A stretch of DNA of 33,920 nucleotides from Callorhinchus milii (Eukaryota): contig NW_024705574.1 of assembly GCF_018977255.1 (NCBI RefSeq), positions 1 to 33,920 of the forward strand, written 5' to 3'. Positions within the stretch are counted from its first letter, which is position 1. Each line of letters begins with the position of its first letter. This document shows, in pieces, positions 1 to 11,106 of the stretch. The translations under genes were made by a program, and so were the position numbers. The notes below the pieces were generated by a model. The model searched no databases and was not told the DNA's origin. It saw only the letters and a program-made list of their open reading frames with translations.

Positions 1-915
1 TTCCCTCACCTCCCCCTCACCTCCCTCACACTCTCCCCCTCACTCCCTCACACTCTCCCCCTCACTCCCTCACACTCACTCCCTCACACTCACTCCCTCA
101 CACTCTCCCCCTCACTCCCTCACACTCTCCCCCTCCCTCACACTCTCCCCCTCACTCCCTCACACTCAATCCTCACACTCTCCCTCACTCTCACTCTCCC
201 TCACTCCCTCACACCTCTCCCCTCACCTCTCCTCACACTCTCCCTCAATCCCTCACACTCTCCCCACTCCCTCCACTCCTCCACCACCTCCCCTCTCCCT
301 CACACTCTCCCTCACTCCCTCACTCCCTCACACTCCCTCACTCACACTCCCTCCCTCACTCCCTCACACTCACTCCCTCACACTCACTCCCTCACACTCT
401 CCCCCTCACTCCCTCACACTCCCTCCCTCACACTCTCCCCCTCACTCCCTCACACTCACTCCCTCACACTCCTCCCTCACACTCCCCCTCACTCCCTCAC
501 ACTCCCTCCCTCACACTCTCCCCTCACTCCCTCACACTCTCCCTCACACTCTCCCCCTCACTCCCTCACACTCACTCCCTCACACTCCCTCACTCCCTCC
601 CTCACTCCCTCACACTCCCCCTCACTCCCTCACACTCCCCCTCACTCCCCACTCCCTCCCTCACACTCCCCCTCACTCCCTCACACTCACTCCCTCACAC
701 TCTCCCTCACTCCCTCACACTCCCCCTCACTCCCTCACAGTCACTCCCTCACACTCTCCCCCTCACTCCCTCACACTCTCCCCCTCACCCCACTCTCCCC
801 CTCACTCCCTCACACTCACTCCTCACACTCTCCCCCTCACTCCCTCACACTCACTCCCTCACACTCTCCCCCTCACTCCCTCCCCCTCACTCCCTCACAG
901 TCACTCCCTCACACT
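1..915. repeat. Low-complexity C/T/A-rich degenerate tandem repeat (units such as CACTCCCTCA / CACTCTCCCCCT)
   Basis: About 900 nt almost free of G, built from CCCTCA, CACT and CTCC units; truncated by the window start. Confidence 0.95.
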
Positions 916-963
916 CTGAAGCACTTTGAGACATCTCAAAGACGTGATGAGGTGCTCTGTCGT

Positions 964-1262
964 GGAGTCCTGCAGCTCAGTGGTGAGAGCACTCGCCTCA
1001 CAGGCGAGAGACCGGGGTTTGATTCCCGGCAGCTCAGGGCCAAACCCTGGGGCAAGTTTCCTTACTCCACACACCTGATAATAATCCCTCAAAAAAAATA
1101 ATACTTTGGTCACTTCGATCCACGACTGTGTGCGCAATTGGCTGCCACGTTTCCCCCACAAAATAAATATACGGTCGATTCACTTCGCAGTCTATTCCGC
1201 GAAGCGCTTTGGGACGTCGAGGAGACGTGAAAAGCGCTATATCAAGTGCAAGGACCGTTATA
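964..1262 (+). mobile_element. tRNA-derived SINE (Deu-like core, L2-type tail), diverged copy
   Basis: GGAGTCCTGCAGCTCAGTGG A-box head, GGTTTGATTCC B-box, GTGCGCAATTGGCTGCC core, GTGAAAAGCGCTATATCAA tail; matches the other copies in the window. Confidence 0.85.
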
Positions 1263-1504
1263 CCAAAAGCAGGGATTGCGATCCTGTCGTTGAGGCGTCT
1301 CACAAAGCGCTTCACAGAGCACGTTCACGTTGCAAAAGGGATTGACTGCATTTTGTGGGTGAGAGGCGGCAGCCCATTTGCCCGGCAGTGCCCCACAAAC
1401 GGTCGTGGATTGAGTGGACGCATTTTTGGAGGCAGTTTTTAACTTTTAAACCGTTTTGAACTAACCATTTGTGCTGAGAGGTGGTTTATGTTTTGTTGCC
1501 CAAG

Positions 1505-1597
1505 ATCCTGAAGGTGCTCGTGACGGGGGCAGCTGGGAACATTGCCTACTCTCTCTTCCACTACATCGCTAACGGAGATGCATTCGGCAAGAACCAG
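1505..1597 (+). CDS. MDH1: MDH1-like coding exon (equivalent to MDH1 exon 2)
   Basis: After ttttgttgcccaag it reads [31 protein letters not shown] (compare MDH1 [30 protein letters not shown]). It has the Rossmann GAAG motif and ends CAG|gcaagt, a GC donor. Confidence 0.9.
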
Positions 1598-1621
1598 GCA
1601 AGTATCACCTTAAGACTCACC

Positions 1622-1940
1622 GGAGTCCTGTAGCTCAGTGGTTAGAGCACTCGCTTTGCAAGTGAGAGACCTGAGTTCAATTCCCGGCAGAGGGCCAAAC
1701 CTCGGGCAAGTTTCCTTACTCCACACAGAGCCTAATAATAGTCCCTCCAAAACCAACAACAATAATAAATTGGTCATTTTCAATCTACGACTGTTTGTGG
1801 GACATTGCTGTGCGCAATTGGCTGCCGCGTTCGCCCACAAATATACAGTCAATTCACTTTACAGTGTGTTCTGTGAAGTGCTTTGGGACGTCCTCCAGAT
1901 GTGAAAAGCGCTATATCAAATGCGAGGATTATTATTATTA
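1622..1940 (+). mobile_element. tRNA(Ala-TGC-like)-derived SINE, full-length young copy
   Basis: GGAGTCCTGTAGCTCAGTGGTTAGAGCACTCGCTTTGCAAGTGAG...GAGTTCAATTCC head, Deu-like core, (ATT)n tail; nearly identical to the copies at 8336, 17008 and 21251. Confidence 0.92.
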
Positions 1941-2259
1941 ATAATAATAATAATAATAATGATGATCTTTGCATTTAATACAGCTCCTTATCACGTCTTC
2001 GAGACGCCTCAAAACGCTTCGCAGAACATACTGCAGAGTGAATTGTGGGCGAAACGCTGCAGCCAATTGCACACAGCGGTGTCCAATTGCTGTTGTTATC
2101 CCCGGAAAGGTGATCCGCCCATCGACTAATGAGCGGCTTCCCGCTCACTGCCGGCACACAGTGGAGTCAGGAAACTTGCACAAAGTTTCGCCCCGACCGG
2201 GAATCAAACCCGGGTCTTCTCGCTTGCGAGGCGAGTGCTCTAACCGCTGAGCTACAGGA
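1941..2259 (-). mobile_element. tRNA-derived SINE, longer subfamily, tail-to-tail with the 1622 copy
   Basis: Reverse complement of the tail (tgcatttaatacagctccttatcacgtcttcgagacg) and of the head (gctctaaccgctgagctacagga); shares the ATT/AAT microsatellite with the preceding SINE. Confidence 0.85.
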
Positions 2260-2569
2260 AGTAGAGCATAATACGAGTCGTGTAACTCGGGAGAAATACA
2301 GGATTTAGGCGTTTACAGAATTTATAAAGACAGAGAGCCCAGCAGCGTGAGGAGGGAACTGAGTGAGGTGGAACTCTGTTAAGGAACTTGGTGAGGGTGG
2401 GACTTCAGTGCAGAGGGGGAAAGAGGGGCATAATTATAAAATATAATAAGAGTTTATATTAAAGTAATATGAAACATGTCTGGGAATACGGCAGGGCAGC
2501 TGAGACCGGTTACATGCACAATGTGTGCCATGTGGGAACTCCAGGATGCTCTGCGCGCCCTGGACATAA

Positions 2570-2735
2570 ACAACAACTTGGACGGCGTCTCAGGGAGCTT
2601 CACAGCAACGGATCCCGGGGCCGAGCCGGGGGGGGGGGGGAGGAAGGTGACCAAAGGCGCGGTCGAAAAGAAAGGTCTTCAGCCAAGACCTGAAAGTGGG
2701 AAGAGAGGGGGCGAGGCGAAGGGAGTGAGGAAGAG
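2570..2735 (-). mobile_element. L2 LINE 3' fragment inserted in the CR1 ORF1
   Basis: Minus strand encodes SLRLAPSLPTFRSWLKTFLFDRAFG, the L2 ORF2 C-terminal LKTxLF motif. Confidence 0.75.
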
Positions 2736-3188
2736 ACAAACGTGTGTAGGAAGTGCCTCCGCGGCTGCTCGAGCTTGAGCTCAGGGTTTCTGAGCTCGAG
2801 GAGAGGCTGGTGTCACTATATAGCGTACGGGAGGCTGAAGAGTTCATGGATCGAACGTTTCAGGAGGTGGTCACCACACAGCCACGGAGAGGGTTCAGAA
2901 GGAGAGCGAGTGGGTGACCACCCGGCGTGGTAGGAAGAAGGGACGGGCGGCACAGAAATCCCCTGAGAGAGTGGCACTCACAAACCGGTTCTCGGTACTC
3001 AATGACACCTGTCAGGGTCATGACACCTCTGGGGAGAGGAGTCGAGAGCCATCGGACGCACAGGGGGACACAGGGAAGATTGTCATTGCAATTGTCTTTG
3101 GGGACACAATGGAGAAAGGAGTAGACGGACGTTTCTGCAACTAACGACGTGTGTCTCACATGGTATGTCGCCTCCCTGGTGCCAGGGT

Positions 3189-3460
3189 TGAGTTCAATTC
3201 CCGGCAGAGGGCGAAACCTCGGGCAAGTTTCCTTACTCCACACAGAGCCTAATAATAATCCTCCAAAACCAAAAACAATAATAAATTGGTCATTTTCAAT
3301 CTACGACTGTTTGTGGGACATTGCTGTGCGCAATTGGCTGCCGCGTTCGCCCACAAATATACAGTCAATTCACTTTACAGTGTGTTCTGTGAAGCGCTTT
3401 GGGACGTCCTCCCGACGTGAAAAGCGCTATATCAAATGCAAGGATTATTATTATTATTAT
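3189..3460 (+). mobile_element. 5'-truncated young SINE inserted in the CR1 ORF1
   Basis: Starts at the B-box (GAGTTCAATTCC) and ends in (ATT)n; splits the LPGARV / ITARVQ ORF1 motif. Confidence 0.88.
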
Positions 3461-3520
3461 CACGGCACGGGTGCAAAACATTCTGCACGGGGACTGGAAA
3501 CCTCCAGAAGTCGTGGTCCA

Positions 3521-4062
3521 TCAGGAGAGGCGAGAGAAGCCGGGATTATTCTCCTTTGGAGCAGAGAAGGTTAAGAGGAGACTTAACAGAAGTTTTCAAA
3601 ATTAGGAGGGGATTCGAACAAGGAGAAACTATTCCCACTGACGGGGGGGTCGGTAACCCGGGGACACCGAGTTAAAACAGTTGTTAAAAGAACGAACAAC
3701 AAAATTACATTTGTATAGCGCCTTTCACGTCGAGAGGACATCCCAAGGCCCTGGAGCGGAGCGGAGGGGAGGGGAGGGGAGGGGAGGAGAAATTATTTTC
3801 ACGCAGCGAGTGGTTGGGATCTGGAATCATTGCCTGAAAGGCCGGTGGAAGCCGATTAGATAACAACTTTTACGAGAGAAGCAGATAATTATTTGGGGAG
3901 GACAAGGTTGCAGGGCTATGGGGGGGGAGTGGGGTTGATCAGGGCTATGGGGAGAGATGGAGTGGGGGAGTGGGGTTGATTTGGAAGCTCTTTTCAGAGC
4001 CGGCACAGACACGATGGGCTGAATGGCCGCCTCCTGTGCCGGATAATTCTATGATTCTATCT
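3521..4062 (+). mobile_element. CR1 LINE 3' end (ORF2 C-terminus + 3' UTR)
   Basis: QERREKPGLFS / EQRRLRGDLTEVFKI, FTQRVVGIWN, GATGGGCTGAATGGCC, and terminal ATTCTATGATTCTAT repeat. Confidence 0.85.
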
Positions 4063-4221
4063 GGACTTGATGCGAGTTTTTACTGTGTATTTTGATAAGG
4101 TAAAGGAGTATTATAAACACTCGCATCAAGCAGACCGTCTCTGTGCCGATTCTCTTACACAAGAATCTATGGACTCTCTTCTGTTGCGGTTTGCGGCAGA
4201 GAATCGCACATTCCCAACACC

Positions 4222-4510
4222 CCGGGGTTTTCAGCCACAACACCCCGAAACTCTGTCACTCCCTCCCTCTCTCCCTCTGCCTTGCCCTTTCCTTCCTTCC
4301 TTCCTTCCTGCCTGACTGCCTGCCCGCCTGCCCGCCTGCCCGCCTCTCCCCCCTCCCCATCTTCAGGTCGGGCCTGAATACCAGCGCGTACGTTCACCGC
4401 CCCTCTCCTCCCGGCTCGGGGTGGCGCTCCACCACTGTCAAGCGCCCTGGGACGCTACTCCCTGCGGGAGGGGGCGCTAGGTAAATGCAATTGTTGTTGT
4501 TGTTGTTGTT
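4222..4510 (+). mobile_element. L2 LINE 3' fragment with (TTG)n tail abutting an MDH1-like acceptor
   Basis: FSHNTPKLCHSLP...FRSGLNT, then AAGCGCCCTGGGACG...GGCGCTAGGTAAATGCAA(TTG)n. Confidence 0.7.
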
Positions 4511-4514
4511 GCAG

Positions 4515-4611
4515 CGGATCTGCCTGGTTCTGCTGGATGTCACGCCAGCGATGGAGCTGCTCAGAGCAGTGGTGATGGAGCTGCAGGACTGTGCCTTCGA
4601 TTTGCTTAGAG
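4515..4611 (+). CDS. MDH1: MDH1-like coding exon (exon 3 equivalent)
   Basis: gcag|RICLVLLDVTPAMELLRAVVMELQDCAFDLLR+G|gtaatt; 97 nt, phase 0 to 1; keeps the NAD-ribose-binding Asp (LLD) and MELQDCA. Confidence 0.93.
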
Positions 4612-5021
4612 GTAATTATTAATCCACTCCCACTCACGCACTCCCTCTCACTCGTTCCCTCACTCCCCTACTCCTTCTCACTCCTTCCACAGGCATGTGG
4701 AGTAAAGAAACTTGCCCAACATTTCGCCCTGCCGGGGAATCAAACCCAGGTCTCTCTAACCACTGAGCTACATGACTCCATGCTATCTGCATAAACAACT
4801 CATTTCATCTTAATCGTTTTCGTTTTTTTTATTGCGTTTCGCCCACAAAATGTACAGTCACGCACTTTACAGTGTGTCCCGTGAAGCGCTTTGAGATGTC
4901 TCAAAGGCGCGATGAGGCGCTCTTATCAAATGCAAAGATTATTACAGACGCTGTGTACCAAATGTAAAAATGATAATTAATAATAATCGAGTACTGTGAT
5001 CTTTTTTGCGTGGTGCTTCAG

Positions 5022-5196
5022 AAATCGTTGCTACAGACAGGGAGAGATCGCTTTCACGGATCTGGACGTCGCCATATTAATCGGCTCGATCCCACATCAT
5101 GCAGGCATGTTGAAGAAGGACCTGCTGAAGTCTAATGTGCGCATATTCAGATCACAGGGACAAGCCTTAAACAAGTTCTCCAAAAAGACTGTGAAG
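5022..5196 (+). CDS. MDH1: MDH1-like coding exon (exon 4 equivalent), with an apparent 1-nt deletion
   Basis: ttcag|(E)IVATDRE - frameshift - [51 protein letters not shown]|gtagga. It is 175 nt where phase 1 to 0 needs 176. Confidence 0.88.
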
Positions 5197-5852
5197 GTAG
5201 GAGTGCCTCAACACTGAGGCTAAGTGTGGGCTTTGTCTTCTTTTTATAATAAAAATATTCCTTGCATTTGATATAGAGCCTTATCACGGCTTTGAGGCAT
5301 CTACAAGTGCTTCAAAGTGCAGTGCAAAGTGTAGTGAATATGTATTTATATCTTTTTATTTATTGTTATAAACATCATTTGCACGTGCATTTGCTACAGC
5401 GCCTTATCACGTCTTCGACACGTCTCAAAGAGTTTCACACGATACACTGTAAAGCGTAGTGACTGTATTTTGTGGCCAAAATGCGACATCCAATTGCACA
5501 CAGCAGTGTTTCACACAAACAGTCGTGGATTGAGTGACCAAATTATTATTATTTTTTGAAGGAGTTATTAAACCCGGAAAAACGATCCACCGATCAACTA
5601 ACAACTGGGTTCCTACTTACTGCTAGGTAAACGGAGGTGTGTGTGTGGCGAAATTAAACTTGCCTCAGGTTTTGCGCTGCCTGGCAATCAAACCCGGGTC
5701 CTCTGCTTCTGGGGGTGATAATCCCTTCAAATAAATAAATAATGATAATAATTTTGTCACTCAAATCCATGACTGTTTGTGGGACGCTGCTGTACGCAAT
5801 GGGCTGCCACATTTCTCCCACAAAGTACAGTCAATTCACTTTACAGTATATA

Positions 5853-6128
5853 TTCCAGGCAGAGGGCGAAACCTTGGGCAAGTTTCCTTACTCCACACAG
5901 AGCCTAATAATAATCCCTCCAAAATCAAAAAAACAATAATAAATTGGTCATTTTCAATCTACGACTGTTTGTGGGACATTGCTGTGCGCAATTGGCTGCC
6001 GCGTTCGCCCACAAATATACAGTCAATTCACTTACTTTACAGTGTGTTCTGTGAAGCGCTTTGGGACGTCCTCCTGACGTGAAAAGCGCTATATCAAATG
6101 CAAGGATTATTATTATTATTATTATTAT
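5853..6128 (+). mobile_element. 5'-truncated young SINE nested in an older SINE (about 5710-6195)
   Basis: The older copy breaks after tcactttacagtatat and resumes at tctgtgaagagc, after the young copy's (ATT)n tail. Confidence 0.8.
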
Positions 6129-6670
6129 TCTGTGAAGAGCTTTTGAGACGTCTCAATTATGTGATGAGGCGCTTTACCAAATGCAAGGATTATTAATGGT
6201 ATTATTATGTGAAAGACACCATATCAAATGTAAGGATTGTGATCCTTACTGACTCTGCCCTCAAACAACTAAGACACACACTCACACACACACACTCTTC
6301 GTTAATGTGAAACATTAATTCTTTAATGTGAAAAGAGGCTCTTCTTTAATGTGAAACAAAATAATAATTTGGTCACTCAATCCACGACTGTTACTGCCCA
6401 CAATTGGCTGCTGCGTTTCGCCCACAAAACCCACAGTCACTCCAGTATATTTGGTGAAGCGCTTTGAGACGTCTCGAAGACGCGGTAAGGCGTTACATCA
6501 AACCCAAGGATTATTATTATTATTATGATGAATATTCAATTGAAATCCAGTATCGTGAGTTCAAGGATTAAGATTACCTTCTGGTTGTGCTTCTCTTGGG
6601 TGGGGGAGCCTCAGCGCTCCTGAGGCACGATGTTTGATTTAGTGTTTTTTTGTTTTTGTGCCTCGTTTAG

Positions 6671-6793
6671 GTCATTGTGGTGGGTAACCCGGCCAATACC
6701 AACTGCCTGGTGGCACTGAAAAATGCTCCCACCATTCCCCCGGAGAATTTCAGCAGCCTGAACCGCTTGGGTCTAAACCGGGCCAAGTATCAG
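6671..6793 (+). CDS. MDH1: MDH1-like coding exon (exon 5 equivalent)
   Basis: tttag|[41 protein letters not shown]|gtcggt; 123 nt; contains the [11 protein letters not shown] signature. Confidence 0.95.
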
Positions 6794-6834
6794 GTCGGTC
6801 CCCGGGAAACTCAGCGCCCGGCAACGGCTACAAT

Positions 6835-7100
6835 TTGCATTTACCCTTCGCGCGGTGTGGCGTCCTGGAGCACTTGACAGTGGCGGAGTCTGACTCTGAG
6901 CCGGGCGGGGGGGGGAGAGGGAGGTGGGAGGTGACCACAAGCGCAAACAAAAAGGAAGGTCGTTAAGCGGGATTTGAAGGTGGGGAGGGAGGGGGCGAGG
7001 CGGAGGGATTGAGGGGGAGAGTGTGAGAGTTTTGGGGCGTAGTGGCTGAAGGCCAGGCCACCAATGGTGGAGCGGAGGGGACGAGGGACAGCCAGCCGAG
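6835..7100 (-). mobile_element. L2 LINE 3' fragment
   Basis: Minus strand: RSTIGGLAFSHYAPKLSHSPPQSLRLAPSLPTFKSRLTTFLF. Confidence 0.8.
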
Positions 7101-7296
7101 GGTGGGGGGGGGGGGGCAGGGGATGCAAGGCATCGTTTAAGCTTCAGGTGTCAGTAAGTACACACTCTTAGCTCTGAGTCACAATGTCGTGGCTTAAAGG
7201 GAACACTCTCTCTCCCTTCGATCTTTCCCTTCGTCTCGCCCCCTCCTTCCTTCCCCATCTTCAGGTCGCGCCTGAAGACCTCTACGACCGTGCCTG

Positions 7297-7745
7297 AGAG
7301 AACTGAGGAGTTATACCTATCAGGAAAGGCTGAACATGAGGGAAAGGGGTGACCTGTTAGAGGTCTTTAAAATGATGAAAGGTTTTGATAGAGTCGACAT
7401 AGGGAAGACGTTTCCAATTGTGGGGGAGACCAAAACCAGGGGCCATCAATATAAAATAGCCACAAATAGATCAAATAGGGAAGTGCGAAGAAATGTCTTC
7501 ACACAGAGAGTGGTGGGAATGTGGAACACACTACAACAAGGAGTTGTTGAGGCAAATAGCACAGATGTATTTAAGGGGAAACTGGAGAGGTACATGAGGG
7601 AGAAAGGAATAGAAGGTTATGCTTGAAGGCTTAGTTGAGGAAGGGCAGGAGGAGGCTCACGTGGAGCATAAACACCGGCACAGACCAGTTGGGCCGAATG
7701 GCTGTTTCTGGGTTGTATATTCTGATGGATTCTAATATATTCTAA
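7297..7745 (+). mobile_element. CR1 LINE 3' end
   Basis: RGDLLEVFKMMKGFDRVD...KTRGH.YK...FTQRVVGMWNTL...FKGKLERYM, followed by the GGGCCGAATGG 3' UTR motif. Confidence 0.88.
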
Positions 7746-8232
7746 ACAAACCTGGTTTAATAAATTCCATGCATCCCACCTACTCGTGGAAATCCCAGAG
7801 ATAGGTTGTTGGAATGGAATGCGCTCTCTCTCTCTCTCTCTCGCTCTCTCTCACTCCCTGGGGGCACACCCCTTGCTTACCTAATTCCGGAGAGTATTAG
7901 GCGCAGGTTGGCAAGAACCATGGTTTTGAGTGGTGGGGTAACTGCTGGAATCCAACCAGCTAAACCCACGCATAGCTTGGCCATTGAGAGAAAGAGAGAG
8001 AGAGGGCGCTGTCTGGCCAAGCTTTCCCGCTGCTTGTCCGGCTCGGACCCCTCTCCCCGTTAGGGCTTTGGCTGTGGGGTTAACAGGAGCTGAGGGGGAG
8101 GATTCTCTGCCCTTCCAGGTCCTGCCCATGAGCCGGGCCGGGCGGTGCTGCCTTCAGCAGTGAGTGCCCTAGAATACTGCGGCCCCTCCTGGCTCAGGAA
8201 CCGGAATGGAGACCGTCACAGAGGAGTGGGGG

Positions 8233-8270
<38 letters not shown>

Positions 8271-8335
8271 CGTCACAGAGTGCTGACTCGATTCCCATAT
8301 TCCGTTGCCAAAAACATGTCACTTGGGGCCAATTC

Positions 8336-8653
8336 GGAGTCCTGTAGCTCAGTGGTCAGAGCACTCGCTTTGCAAGCGAGAGACCTGAGTTCAATTCCAG
8401 GCAGAGGGTGAAACCTCGGGCAGGTTTCCTTACTCCACACAGAGCCTAATAATAATCCTCCAAAACCAAAAAACAATAATAAATTGGTCATTTTCAATCT
8501 ACGACTGTTTGTGGGACATTGCTGTGCGCATTTGGCTGCCGCGTTCGCCCACAAATATACAGTCAATTCACTTTACAGTGTGTTCTGTGAAGCGCTTTGG
8601 GACGTCCTCCTGACGTGAAAAGCGCTCTATCAAATGCAAGGATTATTATTATT
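8336..8653 (+). mobile_element. tRNA-derived SINE, full-length young copy
   Basis: Nearly identical to 1622-1940. Confidence 0.92.
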
Positions 8654-8731
8654 GTAATTCAGCGTAAATGGTTGAAGGGTACCAGTGACGAGATGGATCG
8701 AGTCGGCCCTTTTTACCCCTTTGATTTTCAG

Positions 8732-8908
8732 ATCGCTGCGAGACTGAGCGTGGAGCCCAAGGACGTGCGGAACCTGATCGTTTGGGGGAACCCCTCCCCC
8801 AAGTTGTACCCCGATGTCAACCACGCCTATTTCATCCGCAAGTGCAAAAAGATGTCCGTGACCGATGGCGTAGGGGACAGTGACTGGCTGCAGGGAGATT
8901 TCATCAGA
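8732..8908 (+). CDS. MDH1: MDH1-like coding exon (exon 6 equivalent)
   Basis: ttttcag|IAARLSVEPKDVRNLIVWGNPSPKLYPDVNHAYFIRKCKKMSVTDGVGDSDWLQGDFIR|gtgagt; 177 nt; WGNP in place of the catalytic WGNH. Confidence 0.94.
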
Positions 8909-8994
8909 GTGAGTGTCCAGTCCAGTACCTCAGCGGGTTGAGGCTTCTGAGAAACTTCCTTGCGTGAAGGACACTCAATACTGTAATATAAGTT

Positions 8995-10260
8995 GTTGGG
9001 CATTCAGCCTCTCTGCCCCCACACGCACTGGAACTCTGGCCCGCAATCCCTGCACCTCGCCCTTACCTCCCTCACTCTCTCTCGCCTCCGTCAGCTCCCA
9101 TCTAAAGACCTTCCTCTTCGGTCACCCTCCTACCCCCCACCCCTGCCTTCCTGATCCCAACCACCAGCTCGGATCCAGATCCCTGATTGTCCAGCGCCAC
9201 GGTGTGCCCCCCTGAAGCAAAAGGCGCTGTGTCAATGTCACCTGTCGTTGTTTATGTCGGGCCGTGGAGCTGGCAGGCTAGGCCGACGCTCCAGTGCAAT
9301 GCCGGGGGGGTGGTTTGCGTTGTCAGAGTTGCCGTCCTTCGACAGGCCTTAAACTGAGTTCCTACGGCGCTGTTTTGGAAAGAGGAGAGTTTCTCTCTCC
9401 CGGTTTCCAGGCCAACAATCAATCCCCAGTTACAATCGGTCCATCACTTCTTGGCTGTTTGCGTCACTTGGCGGTCCACACGTTTGCTGCTGCGTTCGCC
9501 TACAAATACACAGTCGCTGTACTTCACAGTAAAACCCTGTGAAGCGCCATGAGACGTCTCGATGACGTGATAAGGCGCTGTATCAAATGCGAGGATTATC
9601 GTACAATATATAGCAGTGTATCATTGTGGAGTCCTGTAGCTCAGTGGTTTAGAGCGGTCGCCTCCTCGCAAGCGAGAGGACCTGGGTTCGATTCCCGGGC
9701 GGGTCAGGGCGAAACGTGACCTGCTCCGCACAAGTAGGAACCCGGTTGTTAGTCGATCGGTGAAATAATTATTATATTAATTTCCAGGGGGAGTAATTAT
9801 AATAATAATAATAATTATAATACGTGCATTTGAAACAGCGCCGTATCATGTCTTCGAGACGTCTCAGAGCGCTTCACGGATTATACTGCAGAGTGATTTT
9901 GTGGACAAAACACAGCAGCCAATTGCTCACAGCAGTGGATTGAAGCGACCGATTTTTTTTTTTTTGGAAGGAATTATTACCCACACCAGTCAACCAGCAA
10001 GCGGGTTCCTGCCCACTGCTCGGTAAACACAGGCGTGTGGAGTAAGGAAACTTGCCCAACAGTTCATTAATTCCTTAAAAACAATAATTATAATAAATTG
10101 GTCACTGTATCCATGAGTGCTTGTGGGACACTGCCGGGCGCGATCGGCTTCCGCGTTTCACCCACAAAACACGCAGTCCCTACACTCGACAGCGTGTCCC
10201 GTGAAGCGCTTTGAGACGTCTCGAAGACGCGATGAGGCCCCGGGTCACACCCCGGGGTTG
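8995..10260. mobile_element. Cluster of L2 3' and SINE fragments on both strands
   Basis: AFSLSAP...HLKTFLFG (L2, about 8995-9250); SINE head at 9628; SINE tails at about 9460-9600 (+), 9800-10060 (-) and 10080-10240 (+). Confidence 0.7.
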
Positions 10261-10332
10261 TTGTTATTGTTGTTGTAAGTTGATGTGCGTCTGTGTGTGT
10301 TCCTCAACACAGCAGTTCATTTGTCTCCACAG

Positions 10333-10446
10333 ATAATACAAGAGCGCAACAATACTATTACCAAGGTCCGCAAGCTATCGAGTGCCATGTCAGCTGCCAA
10401 AGCAATAAGTGACCACCTGAGGGATTTGTGGGTCGGGACTCCGGAG
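10333..10446 (+). CDS. MDH1: MDH1-like coding exon (exon 7 equivalent)
   Basis: ccacag|[38 protein letters not shown]|gtacag; 114 nt; [13 protein letters not shown] is identical to MDH1. Confidence 0.95.
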
Positions 10447-11106
10447 GTACAGGAACAGAGTAGGGGGCAAAGAGTTGGTGGGGGGTGGGGGGTGGGGGGG
10501 AGATCAAACCGGTTACAGTGATTTATGTAGATTATAGCAAGGAAACGGGCCATTCAGCCCAACCAGTATGTGATGGCTTTTATGCTCCATGTGATTGTGG
10601 AGACCTGCAGTGTCTAGTGGTTACAGCCCTCGCCTCGCAAGCGAGAGGACCTGGGTTCGATTCCTGGGCGGGTCAGGTCAGGGCAAAACGTGGGGCAAGT
10701 TTCCTTACTCCCCCCCCCCCACACACACACACTGCCAGGCGTGAATGTAGTGTGTAAGTAGGAACCCGGTCAGTTGATTGGCGGATCGCTTTTCCGTGGG
10801 TAATAATTCCTTCACAGAGCACTTGAAGCAAATCGAGGCGGGAGGTGATGAGTGCAGGGGTTTTGGACCCGAGCTGGGAGCTGGTGGAGGGCAGTGGGGT
10901 GGGGGGTGGGGGTCGAAGAGCAAGGCTCGGTCGTAGAGGAAGGGCTTTAGACAGGATTTGAAGGAGGCAAGAGGTGGCGAGGGGTTGGGGGGGGGGTGAG
11001 GCGGAGGGATTGCGGGCTAGAGGGTGGGGGCAGAGAGGCTGAATGCCCGACCGCCAATGATACAGCCCTGTGTCAGTGCGAGTTGTTGTGTCTCTTTTGT
11101 TGGCAG

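Larger units (their letters stand above)
2476..3520 (+). mobile_element. CR1-type LINE ORF1 remnant (Zn finger/leucine zipper + SGNH esterase), disrupted
   Basis: Translated pieces CTMCAMWE, CRKCL..LLELELRVSELEERL, VALTNRFSVL, IVFGDTM.KGVDGRFC, LPGARV and ITARVQNIL...PEVVVH are typical of CR1 ORF1. Interrupted by an L2 fragment (~2570-2735) and a SINE (3189-3460). Confidence 0.75.

Noticed and set aside
1..915. Telomeric or interstitial telomeric repeat
   Set aside because: Contains CCCTCA words but no tandem CCCTAA; better described as a degenerate low-complexity repeat.
1488..1511. ATG at 1488 as the MDH1-like start codon
   Set aside because: Out of frame with the exon (ATG TTT TGT TGC CCA AGA TCC TGA); the true first exon was not identified and probably lies upstream of the window.
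1622..1695. tRNA-Ala(TGC)-like gene
   Set aside because: It is the head of a ~320 bp SINE repeated many times in the window; the acceptor stem is not complementary and it continues into SINE body and tail.
7750..8335. Possible LTR or other TE fragment with (CT)n/(GA)n tracts
   Set aside because: No terminal repeats, target-site duplication or coding motif that I can identify.
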